A stretch of 64,000 bases of DNA from a virus (IMGVR_UViG_3300033146_004404:1-64000), one strand, 5' to 3'; positions 27,435-34,977 are shown, counted from the stretch's first letter. The notes: a model not told the origin generated them from the letters alone. Program-made: numbers and translations.

Positions 27435-27507
27435 GTGTCTGTCGTATAATGGCTATTACGATGCCTTCTAAAAGCACCAGATCAGGGTTCGAATCCCTGC
27501 AGACACG
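27435..27507 (+). tRNA. tRNA with CUA anticodon (candidate amber suppressor)
   Basis: Perfect acceptor gtgtctg/cagacac, T-arm caggg-ttcgaat-ccctg, anticodon loop ttCTAaa with U33 and A37. The anticodon stem has terminal A-C/C-A mismatches. Confidence 0.4.
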
Positions 27508-27544
27508 ATAGGGCAATGTTGTTCACCCTATAATATTATTTCTT

Positions 27545-27615
27545 GGCACAGTGAAATTGGTTTTCAAGCTAGGCTCATATCTTAGTTTCCGTGGGTTCGA
27601 TTCCCACCTGTGCTT
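27545..27615 (+). tRNA. tRNA with CAU anticodon
   Basis: Acceptor ggcacag/ctgtgct, anticodon stem ctagg/cttag with loop ctCATat, T-arm gtggg-ttcgatt-cccac. Atypical D-arm. Confidence 0.5.
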
Positions 27616-27617
27616 TT

Positions 27618-27689
27618 GCTGGGAGGGCGTTGGAGTCCCAGATCAGGTTCATAACCTGTTTCTTCGTCGGTTCGATTCCGTCCTCAGCT
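27618..27689 (+). tRNA. tRNA with CAU anticodon
   Basis: Acceptor gctggga/cctcagc, anticodon stem cagg/cctg with loop ttCATaa. T-arm carries a U-U mismatch. Confidence 0.45.
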
Positions 27690-27975
27690 ATAATGAGAAA
27701 ATCAAGTAACGAGAGAATTAACAGTGTAGCTTGGCTGTTCGACAGACCAAAATTCTCTCAGTTTTTTAAGAGGTATTTATGAAAGACACAAAAGTAACTA
27801 TGAGTAACTATGAATATTGATGAGTATAACAAATTAGTCAATATAATTGAAAAGACTTTAATATTTAAAGAGAATTTAAAGACTAAGCTTAAGGAAGCCA
27901 TTGTCTATAAAGAAAAAGAGATAAAATCAATGACTTTCTTTGAACTTATGAAAAGGTATCTAGCTAAATAAATCC

Positions 27976-28004
27976 TTGACAAAAAAAGAATAATATGGTA
28001 TAAT
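27976..28004 (+). promoter_or_regulatory. consensus early promoter copy 15
   Basis: Identical core; precedes 28023 and the Arg/Glu tRNAs. Confidence 0.75.
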
Positions 28005-28022
28005 TAAGTACAAGGAAGGGAA

Positions 28023-28220
28023 ATGATGGATTATGTGCAAGTAAGAGTTAAAAAAGAAGGTGCTGAAATTTATCAAATGGCTTGGGTCGAAAAGTTAAAA
28101 AGTGTCGTTGAGGGGTGTAAAATAACTATTGAGGATAATGGAGTTTTTTGGGAAGTGCTTAATTTATATACAGGAAAGCAAGTTCCAAAAGAAGATCTCT
28201 TAAAGGCTTTGGAATATTAA
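28023..28220 (+). CDS. small hypothetical protein
   Basis: Promoter copy 15 plus GGAAGGG RBS. Confidence 0.4.
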   Translation: MMDYVQVRVKKEGAEIYQMAWVEKLKSVVEGCKITIEDNGVFWEVLNLYTGKQVPKEDLLKALEY

Positions 28221-28228
28221 TAAAACAT

Positions 28229-28301
28229 GTACCGTTAGCGTATTGGATGACGCAACAGGCTTCTAACCTGTTAAAACTGGGTTCGATTCCCAGACGGTGC
28301 T
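28229..28301 (+). tRNA. tRNA-Arg (UCU)
   Basis: Acceptor gtaccgt/acggtgc, D-stem gcgt/acgc, anticodon stem acagg/cctgt with loop ctTCTaa, T-arm ctggg-ttcgatt-cccag. Confidence 0.8.
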
Positions 28302-28308
28302 TTTACTT

Positions 28309-28381
28309 GTCCCTGTCGTCTAATGGTTAGGACGCAAGTTTCTCAAACTTGTAATCTTAGGTTCAATTCCTAGTAGGGGTG
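28309..28381 (+). tRNA. tRNA, anticodon possibly CUC (Glu)
   Basis: D-stem cgtc/gacg, anticodon stem caagt/acttg with loop ttCTCaa, T-arm ttagg-ttcaatt-cctag. G-U-rich acceptor; boundaries approximate. Confidence 0.4.
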
Positions 28382-28404
28382 TCAATAAAACAAGGGGTTT
28401 AAAA

Positions 28405-28833
28405 ATGATCTTGAAAGAGTTAAAGAAACAGAAAATAATACTTAAGAAAACAAACCCAGTTAGATCTGGTGTTTTAGCGTCTCTTATAGCAGAGACTGAA
28501 AAAACAGCTAAAGTAGCTAAGAGAGAAGCTCTTCAGGAAGATGTTGAAAAAGCAGCAGCAATGCTTACAAAACAGTTACAGAAAACTGTTGATGAAGTTA
28601 AAGTTGGAGAAGTAGTTGAAGGCTATAAACTCGAGATTGCTGAGCTGAAAGATTTTATTCCAGAAACAGTAAATAGAGAGCTTACTACAGAAATGATCGA
28701 AGAAGTCTTAAAGGAATATCCTGAGCCTTCTATGAAGATTATGGGAAAGGTTATCAGTGAATTGAAGAAAAGATATGGTAATAAGATTGATATGGCGATT
28801 GCTTCGAAAGAAGTGAAAGCTCTATTGAGTTAA
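28405..28833 (+). CDS. YqeY / GatB C-terminal-domain-like protein
   Basis: C-terminal '...EEVLKEYPEPSMKIMGKVISELKKRYGNKIDMAIASKEVKALL' resembles the GatB_Yqey motif (E..P...MGKVMG.VM.K..G.ADG..V...V...L). Confidence 0.5.
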   Translation: MILKELKKQKIILKKTNPVRSGVLASLIAETEKTAKVAKREALQEDVEKAAAMLTKQLQKTVDEVKVGEVVEGYKLEIAELKDFIPETVNRELTTEMIEEVLKEYPEPSMKIMGKVISELKKRYGNKIDMAIASKEVKALLS

Positions 28834-28839
28834 AAATAT

Positions 28840-28913
28840 GCGCCTATAGCTCTAATGGTTAGAGCAGCTCCCTCATAAGGAGACGGTTCTTGGTTCGAGT
28901 CCAGGTGGGCGCA
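28840..28913 (+). tRNA. tRNA with CAU anticodon (Met/fMet/Ile2)
   Basis: Acceptor gcgccta/tgggcgc, D-arm tagctctaatggttagagc, anticodon loop ctCATaa, T-arm cttgg-ttcgagt-ccagg. Confidence 0.7.
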
Positions 28914-28986
28914 TTATCAAGTCAAGAGGTTTCACGAGTGAAAAAATATTTATACGGTTCCTAGCGATAGGAGGAAATATATTATA

Positions 28987-29523
28987 ATGAAATATTACTT
29001 AATGAAAAACAATGACAATCAGGATTTAAGAAAATTTGGCGATTGGTGGGAGCTGATCGCCTTTTTAGACTATAGATGTATTAAGTGCTTTGTTCACAAC
29101 CCTAATGATTCTTACGGAGGTTCTTACGTTTCTAAAAGAATAGGGTTGAAAGAATATGAGCATGTTTATCATGACTATGATGTTTATACTGTCTTTGATG
29201 GATTGATGAGAATTATCAACAAAGTAGAACTACAAGATGGGCTGAAGAAATTTAACCCTTCCTACGGAAGACAGGTAAGAGGAAGAAAACAAAAATATTT
29301 TAATTGGATGAGAAGCAAACGAGGATATCGTTATGCTAATCCAAAAAGAAGAGGAAAACGCTTCAGAATAGAAATGGATGAGGCGAGAAAAATGTTCCCA
29401 AATAAAGGAAGGTTAAATACTTTAGAAGTTGTTACCTCTTGGGGTGACGATTGGGGAACTATAGCTATAAGTAGAAGTTGGAAAGATCAAAGTAAAAAGA
29501 GGAAACAGTGGTTATCCTCATAA
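28987..29523 (+). CDS. hypothetical basic protein
   Basis: ORF with AGGAGGAAAT RBS; Arg/Lys-rich C-terminal half. Confidence 0.45.
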   Translation: MKYYLMKNNDNQDLRKFGDWWELIAFLDYRCIKCFVHNPNDSYGGSYVSKRIGLKEYEHVYHDYDVYTVFDGLMRIINKVELQDGLKKFNPSYGRQVRGRKQKYFNWMRSKRGYRYANPKRRGKRFRIEMDEARKMFPNKGRLNTLEVVTSWGDDWGTIAISRSWKDQSKKRKQWLSS

Positions 29524-29542
29524 TACTTTAAGGGGATAGTAT

Positions 29543-29640
29543 GTCAGTTTTTTTAATTATTTCAATGGCTGTTTTTGTCTGTGCTGTGATAATATATCAG
29601 TTTTTTTAATTATTTCAATGGCTGTTTTTGTCTATGCTAT
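29543..29640 (+). repeat. ~48-bp tandem duplication spanning the start of 29618
   Basis: tcagtttttttaattatttcaatggctgtttttgtctRtgct repeated twice, with two mismatches. Confidence 0.75.
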
Positions 29641-29830
29641 GATTGGGTTTATTACTTTCAAAATATTAAATGAGCATTTATTCATTTTTGATATAGACGA
29701 CTTTGACTGTTTTGTATCTGCGTTTTGGCCGGTTGGATGGTTTGGAATAGCTGCATATTATGCAGGAACAGCTATAGTTGATTTTGTAGAAGATAGGAAA
29801 AAAAATAAAAGAATAAAGTTTGCCCCTTAG
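29618..29830 (+). CDS. small membrane protein
   Basis: Two predicted TM helices; its start lies inside the second copy of a ~48-bp tandem duplication. Confidence 0.4.
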   Translation: MAVFVYAMIGFITFKILNEHLFIFDIDDFDCFVSAFWPVGWFGIAAYYAGTAIVDFVEDRKKNKRIKFAP

Positions 29831-29891
29831 TGTAATGGCTGCACAAAACACTCTGAATGTTTTAGTAGAGGTCCGAATCCTCTAGGGGTTT
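29821..29891 (+). tRNA. tRNA, anticodon probably CUG (Gln)
   Basis: Anticodon stem aaaca/tgttt with loop ctCTGaa, T-arm agagg-tccgaat-cctct, acceptor tgcccct/aggggtt (first pair mismatched). Overlaps the stop of the upstream ORF. Confidence 0.5.
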
Positions 29892-29933
29892 ACTGTAATC
29901 CATTAAGTCTTACATAAACAAAAAGGAATTAAG

Positions 29934-30887
29934 ATGCCACAAGCTGTAATTGTTTCAGGTAGAAGTAATAGACCTTTATCAAAAGATATTCTATTCAACT
30001 TAGGATTAAAGGGAAAAGAAATTCCCACTATTATAATGGATTTTCCCAACAAAGAAATATTTGTTAAGTACAAAGAAAGTATAAGAGGAAAAGACGTATT
30101 CATAATAAATACATTTAATGGTGATCCTAATAAGGATCTAGTAGAAACTTTAATTTTAGCTGATACAGCATTTACGTCATCAGCTAGAAGGATAACGGTT
30201 GTTCTTCCAATCATTTACGGTTCTAGGCAAGATAGAAAAAGTTCGCTTAGAACTCCTGTCACTATATCAATGATGGCTAAAATCTTCAAGTCAGTTGGTA
30301 TAGATCGCATCGTAACGGTTTCGTTACATGCACCACAATCAGCAGCAGCATTTTTTGCGGCTGGTTTACGCTTTGATAATATCTCTGGAAGTGGAATTTT
30401 TCTTTCAGATATGAAAGAGCTTATGAAGACAGAGAATTTTGTCGTCGTATCTCCTGACGCCGGTGGGCTTTCTAGGGCAAGATACTATGCTAAAGTATTA
30501 GATACTGACATAGCATTTGCTGATAAGAGACGAGGAGCTGACAGAAAATCTGAAATCATGAATCTTGTAGGTGACGTTAAAGGTAGAAATGTTTTTATTG
30601 TTGATGATATGATCGATGGCGGTGGAACAATTATTGGTGTAGCAAATGCCTTGAAAGCAGGTGGAGCAGAGAATGTTTATTGTCTTGCTACACATATGGT
30701 GCTTTCAGGTGATGCTGCTGAAAAGCTGAATAACTCAGTTATTAAAACAATTTATGGCAGTAACTCTATCATAAAAAACAGTCTTCCAAGCAAATTCAAA
30801 ATCAAAAGTCTTGGGCCAACACTTTCTAATGTAATAGAGAAAATTCATAATGATGAAAGCGTTGGTGATGCTTGCGAAGAGTTATAA
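29934..30887 (+). CDS. prs: ribose-phosphate pyrophosphokinase (PRPP synthetase)
   Basis: 'RGKDVFIINTFNGDPNKDLVETLILADTAFTSSARRITVVLPIIYGSRQDRK' and 'VVVSPDAGGLSRA' match Prs signature regions. Confidence 0.8.
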   Translation: MPQAVIVSGRSNRPLSKDILFNLGLKGKEIPTIIMDFPNKEIFVKYKESIRGKDVFIINTFNGDPNKDLVETLILADTAFTSSARRITVVLPIIYGSRQDRKSSLRTPVTISMMAKIFKSVGIDRIVTVSLHAPQSAAAFFAAGLRFDNISGSGIFLSDMKELMKTENFVVVSPDAGGLSRARYYAKVLDTDIAFADKRRGADRKSEIMNLVGDVKGRNVFIVDDMIDGGGTIIGVANALKAGGAENVYCLATHMVLSGDAAEKLNNSVIKTIYGSNSIIKNSLPSKFKIKSLGPTLSNVIEKIHNDESVGDACEEL

Positions 30888-30890
30888 TTT

Positions 30891-30919
30891 GACAAAAAAA
30901 GAATAATATGCTATAATTA
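30891..30919 (+). promoter_or_regulatory. consensus early promoter copy 16
   Basis: TTGACAaaaaaagaataatatgcTATAAT; precedes the Rnl2-like gene. Confidence 0.75.
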
Positions 30920-30936
30920 AGCATAAGGAGGAAAAA

Positions 30937-31890
30937 ATGGATTTTAAAAGATGGTGTTCAATAGAGAATCATTACCAGACGGCTACTTTCAATCGCTGGA
31001 TTACAAAGCATCCAGAGGTAAATGGTGCCTCCTACAAAGTTACAGAAAAAATTCATGGTGCTAATTTTTCCATTTTGACTTCTCCTGATGGAACTTTAAA
31101 ATTTGCTTCACGAAACAACATTCTTGAAGAGACAGATAAGTTTTATGGATACAAAGAGATCATGTCTAAGTATCAGGATATTATTGACTTCTTACTTAAA
31201 GAGTCAAAAACAATGGGAGAGGAACTTCAGCTATACGGAGAGGTCTTTGGTGGATCAATCCAGAAAGGCGTATTTTACGGAAAAGAAAAACAGTTTCGTT
31301 GGTACTCTTTAAGAGTTAATGGAACTGTAATTGCTCCAATGGAATCAACTCTTAAACTTCAGGAAATCGGAGAACATGAAGCTCCTGTAATTGGTATTTT
31401 TACAATTAAAAAAGATTTACTTGAATTGATTGAAAGAATCGACACAAAATTTAATTCTAAGCTTACTCCTGTTGGCTATGCTGATGAGAATCTTTGTGAA
31501 GGTGTTGTAATTGTTCCTTATGAAAGGAATTTTTACAATCAGAATTCACTTCTTTTAATCAAGAAGAAGAATAATGAGTTCATAGACAAGCAGCGTAAGC
31601 CAAAAGTAATTAAGTCCATTCCTGAAAATATTCAGAATGTGTTTGCTAATTACTCCTCATTTGTCTGTGAGGTACGTACAAACGATTTGTTTTCTAAAGT
31701 TGGAGAATTTACTGAAATGAAAGAGATTTCAAAATTCGCCAAAGCTTATTTCGAAGACGTTGCAGTTGATTACGAAAAAGAATTTTTGACTGAATGGGAA
31801 GAGCTTTCTAAGGCAGATAAGCAAGCAGTCAAGAAGATGATCGGAACAAGAATTTTTATTGAACTGAAAGAGAGTTTGTCAAGAGCTTAA
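30937..31890 (+). CDS. RNA ligase, Rnl2-family nucleotidyltransferase
   Basis: 'IENHYQ' and 'EKIHGANFS' match the T4 Rnl2 N-terminus and motif I (ENHYN...KIHGTNFS). Confidence 0.7.
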   Translation: MDFKRWCSIENHYQTATFNRWITKHPEVNGASYKVTEKIHGANFSILTSPDGTLKFASRNNILEETDKFYGYKEIMSKYQDIIDFLLKESKTMGEELQLYGEVFGGSIQKGVFYGKEKQFRWYSLRVNGTVIAPMESTLKLQEIGEHEAPVIGIFTIKKDLLELIERIDTKFNSKLTPVGYADENLCEGVVIVPYERNFYNQNSLLLIKKKNNEFIDKQRKPKVIKSIPENIQNVFANYSSFVCEVRTNDLFSKVGEFTEMKEISKFAKAYFEDVAVDYEKEFLTEWEELSKADKQAVKKMIGTRIFIELKESLSRA

Positions 31891-31896
31891 TTTTCA

Positions 31897-31936
31897 GAGG
31901 TGAAGGAATATTGCTGGTTCGACTCCAGCCACCTCT
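31897..31936 (+). other. tRNA-like minihelix (acceptor stem plus T-arm only)
   Basis: gaggtg-(10 nt)-ctgg-ttcgact-ccag-ccacctc; no D or anticodon arm. Confidence 0.35.
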
Positions 31937-31937
31937 T

Positions 31938-31983
31938 TAGACATTAACAGCACAAAAAGCGTGGAAGCAAAAAAATATGTCTA
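31938..31983 (+). ncRNA. conserved inter-tRNA hairpin element (copy)
   Basis: TAGACATTAACAGCAcaaaa...ATGTCTAG. Confidence 0.4.
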
Positions 31984-31996
31984 GCCCCTTACGTTT

Positions 31997-32068
31997 CGTC
32001 CGTTAGAAAAATGGTTAATTCGTCAGCTTGCAACCCTGAAGGTGTGGGTTCGATTCCCACACGGATGT
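31997..32068 (+). tRNA. tRNA, anticodon probably GCA (Cys)
   Basis: Acceptor cgtccgt/acggatg, anticodon stem tcag/ctga with loop ttGCAac, T-arm gtggg-ttcgatt-cccac. Confidence 0.5.
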
Positions 32069-32320
32069 TTAAAATAAAATAAAAGGAAAGGACAGAAAGA
32101 ACTGGCTGATAGAAAATTTATTAACATTGAAGGAGTAAAATATTTTTTCGAGACAACTCTTACTGATGATAGTCCTGCTATTGGAATAGCTTACTTGAGA
32201 TCTAGTGATATAACTAGACTTAAAACGAGAAATTCAAAGAAAGCACTTGAAGAGACTTATGGCACACTAAGAAAATATAGTATAATGTTATAGTGTCATA
32301 TATACTCTAAGGAGTATATA

Positions 32321-32521
32321 ATGGTATTTATTGATGATGACATTAAGATCGAAAAAACAGAATACAATGGGCAGACTTATGTTTCAATCAGGAAGTGGTA
32401 TAAAGATAGAACTTCCGGAGAATCTAAGCCTTCTAAAAATGGTATAAATATGTCGATGGAAGCTTGGGAAGAGTTCACAAGTAAAATTAATGAGATAAAG
32501 GAAGATATTGAATTTTCATAA
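32321..32521 (+). CDS. small hypothetical protein
   Basis: ORF with AAGGAG RBS. Confidence 0.4.
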   Translation: MVFIDDDIKIEKTEYNGQTYVSIRKWYKDRTSGESKPSKNGINMSMEAWEEFTSKINEIKEDIEFS

Positions 32522-32522
32522 G

Positions 32523-32807
32523 GGGGCTGTAAAAGGTTTCGACTGGATGGTAAAGTTTGATCGGTGTTTTAAATTTTTATAGTTGACGAAACAGAAACTT
32601 ATTACGCACAGGTTGCGTAACTGACTCTTGCTTCATTTGTTCCTTCCGTGAAGTAAGAGAGAAAGGAAGGATAGTCTGTTTGTTATTCTCTGACGATAAA
32701 CAAGTAATAACAAGAGGTTTTATTATTGATGATTTCCTTTTAAAAAACAATCTTTCAACAGATCAAAATAGTCATACAGGACGAGGGTCCGATTCCCTCC
32801 AGCTCCA
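32523..32807 (+). ncRNA. ssrA: tmRNA (SsrA), CCA not encoded
   Basis: 5' 'ggggctgtaaaaggtttcgactgg' parallels E. coli ssrA 'ggggctgattctggattcgacggg'. 3' 'caggacgagggtccgattccctccagctcca' parallels 'cggacgcgggttcaactcccgccagctcca'. Acceptor has G3:U70. Internal 'ttatagtt|GAC GAA ACA GAA ACT TAT TAC GCA CAG GTT GCG TAA' gives tag (A)DETETYYAQVA, analogous to 'aatagtc|GCA...ANDENYALAA'. Terminator at 32851-32885. Confidence 0.7.
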
Positions 32808-32850
32808 TTTAGTTTTTTGTTGGTGTAGAGGTTCATGACACAAACCCTGA

Positions 32851-32885
32851 GCCGACAAGAATTTATTCTTGTCGGCTCTTTTTTT
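32851..32885 (+). terminator. rho-independent terminator after tmRNA
   Basis: gagccgacaag-aatttatt-cttgtcggctc-ttttttttt. Confidence 0.75.
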
Positions 32886-32914
32886 TTGACAAAAAAAGAA
32901 TAATATGGTATAAT
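32886..32914 (+). promoter_or_regulatory. consensus early promoter copy 17
   Basis: Identical core; precedes 32916/32934. Confidence 0.75.
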
Positions 32915-32915
32915 T

Positions 32916-33218
32916 ATGTATAGGGAAGAAAAAATGAATAAAACAAAAGAGATATGGGAAAATTTTGTAGGCTCTCAGGCTTATGACTTTATTGCAGAAA
33001 TAATTATTTTGCTAATGAAAGTTTCATTAGTTTATCTCGGCTTAATGTTTTTAGTTGGTGTTTTCTTAGGTATATTAACATCTAGTTTGACAGTGTTCTT
33101 TATGTTCGCAAATGTGTTTACATTTGTATTTGGATCTACCTCATCTTTTTTAATAATTATTTCAAGAATATTTGCATTAGTAATAGCTTCTAGCTATGCT
33201 TTAGGAGCTTTCAGTTGA
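32916..33218 (+). CDS. membrane protein
   Basis: Multi-TM hydrophobic ORF downstream of promoter copy 17; the start may be ATG 32934. Confidence 0.4.
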   Translation: MYREEKMNKTKEIWENFVGSQAYDFIAEIIILLMKVSLVYLGLMFLVGVFLGILTSSLTVFFMFANVFTFVFGSTSSFLIIISRIFALVIASSYALGAFS

Positions 33219-33291
33219 AATACAGAAGAGGTTATGTAAAAAGAAACAGCTTACAATAGAATACGTATAATGATTAAGTTTTTTGGGGGAA

Positions 33292-34374
33292 ATGATGGAA
33301 GCGAAAATTTTTGAAACAAAGGATGTTAAAATCCTAAGAGCTGAAGGGTATAACTTTAACTTTGATAAAAATACAGGATATTTTGAAAGGTGGGGAAAAA
33401 CTCAGGAAGATGATCCGGACTACTCTAAGTTTGGCCCTGAAATTCTCGACCTTGAAATCAGTTCATCTGTAAGACCTGAAGAAAAACATCTTTATGATGA
33501 AACTCGTTTAGTTAATGACGGTGGATGCTTGGGTCGATGTGCGTTTTGTTATAAGTCAAATGGAGAACATCCAACTTATAATATGACTCTCGAAGAGTTC
33601 AAAAAAATCTTTCACGCAATGCCCAAAACAATGGGGCAGATTGCATTCGGAATTTTGAATATTTATTCAAATCCAGATTTTTTCCCTATGATGGAATACG
33701 CCAAAAAAAACGGTGTAGTTCCAAATTATACATGTCACGGTTTTGATGTTGATGAAGAGACAGCAAAGAGAACTGCTGAACTTTGTGGCGCAGTAGCTGT
33801 TTCTATTTATTCAAAGACAGCTTCCTACAACGCAATAAAATCATTCACTGATGCAGGAATGGATCAGGTTAATATTCATTATATGATCGCTGAAGAAACC
33901 TTTGATAAAGTTTTTCAGATTATCGATGATATGAAATCCGATAAGAGACTTGCTAAGATGAATGCAATCGTTTTCCTATCTCTTAAAACAAAAGGTGGAG
34001 GTGAAGACTTTCATAAACTGTCAGATGAGAAATACAAAATTCTTGTTGACTATGCTCTTGAAAAAGGAGTAAGATTCGGCTTTGATAGCTGCGGCGCTCA
34101 TAAATTTTTGAATGCCATAAAGGATCATCCAAACTACAAGCAGTTTGAAGAGATGGCAGAGCCTTGTGAAAGTTCTTGTTTCAGTTCTTACATCAACTGC
34201 CTCGGAGAATATTTTCCTTGTTCTTTTACTGAAGGGCATAAACTGTTCCCTGACGGATTAGATGTTTTAAGTACTGAAAACTTTGCTGAGGAAATCTGGA
34301 ACAGTGATGCAGCAAAAGCTTTTCGGTACAAGCTTTTAAAGAATGAAAGGCGGTGCCCGCTTTATGACGTATAG
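33292..34374 (+). CDS. radical SAM enzyme with N-terminal extension and C-terminal Cys cluster (SPASM/twitch-like)
   Basis: 'GGCLGRCAFCYKS' CX3CX2C about 85 residues from the N-terminus; C-terminal 'CESSCFSSYINCLGEYFPCSF' extra Cys motif. GGGGGA RBS then ATG 33292. Confidence 0.6.
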   Translation: MMEAKIFETKDVKILRAEGYNFNFDKNTGYFERWGKTQEDDPDYSKFGPEILDLEISSSVRPEEKHLYDETRLVNDGGCLGRCAFCYKSNGEHPTYNMTLEEFKKIFHAMPKTMGQIAFGILNIYSNPDFFPMMEYAKKNGVVPNYTCHGFDVDEETAKRTAELCGAVAVSIYSKTASYNAIKSFTDAGMDQVNIHYMIAEETFDKVFQIIDDMKSDKRLAKMNAIVFLSLKTKGGGEDFHKLSDEKYKILVDYALEKGVRFGFDSCGAHKFLNAIKDHPNYKQFEEMAEPCESSCFSSYINCLGEYFPCSFTEGHKLFPDGLDVLSTENFAEEIWNSDAAKAFRYKLLKNERRCPLYDV

Positions 34375-34603
34375 AACTAGAGAATACACACAGGGAGAGA
34401 AAGGATTCTTAATTGGATTTTCTCTCGGCCTCTTTATTTTTTGCTGCCTTGGGTTTATGCTTACAGTTCCAATAACAGCTCATTACAAAAGTGGATATAT
34501 GGATGGGCAACTTGATTATCAAAAAGGGAATATAAAATATATTCTTACAGAGAAAGGTTTTACGGAGATTAATAATGAAAAAAAGAATAGGATTTGTAAG
34601 TAA
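34343..34603 (+). CDS. small membrane protein
   Basis: ORF overlapping the rSAM 3' end, with one TM helix; start uncertain (34343 or 34364). Confidence 0.35.
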   Translation: MKGGARFMTYRTREYTQGEKGFLIGFSLGLFIFCCLGFMLTVPITAHYKSGYMDGQLDYQKGNIKYILTEKGFTEINNEKKNRICK

Positions 34604-34967
34604 CAGTTCTTCAAGCTCATTTGTGATAGTAATAGATGAAACTATCGTTGAAAAAGTAGAAGAGAATCTCTCCCCTCTCAGTAAAGCAATCTTTGATAGA
34701 ATCAAGAAAACGAAATACTCATTCACATCTGTGGATTGGATAGATGGAGAATATGGTGACTTATTTGACGGTGAAGTAAAAGATGTCATTGAAGGCGACA
34801 TCACATTCAAGGCAGATCTTGATAAAGCTATTACTGAGTCAGATCGTGAAGACTTTCAAGACTGGGAATATCTTAGCGAAGTACAAAATACTTTTTCAAA
34901 AGAGCTCTTTGCTGCCTTGAAACAAGAAGATAAATGCTTTTATATCATAAGCAAAACTAATATGTAA
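34575..34967 (+). CDS. tandem paralog 1 with conserved N-terminus MKKRIGFVSNSSSSSF
   Basis: Shares an identical 16-aa N-terminus with the next three genes. Followed by 'VIVIDE', then a divergent acidic body. Confidence 0.6.
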   Translation: MKKRIGFVSNSSSSSFVIVIDETIVEKVEENLSPLSKAIFDRIKKTKYSFTSVDWIDGEYGDLFDGEVKDVIEGDITFKADLDKAITESDREDFQDWEYLSEVQNTFSKELFAALKQEDKCFYIISKTNM

Positions 34968-34977
34968 AGGAGAATAA

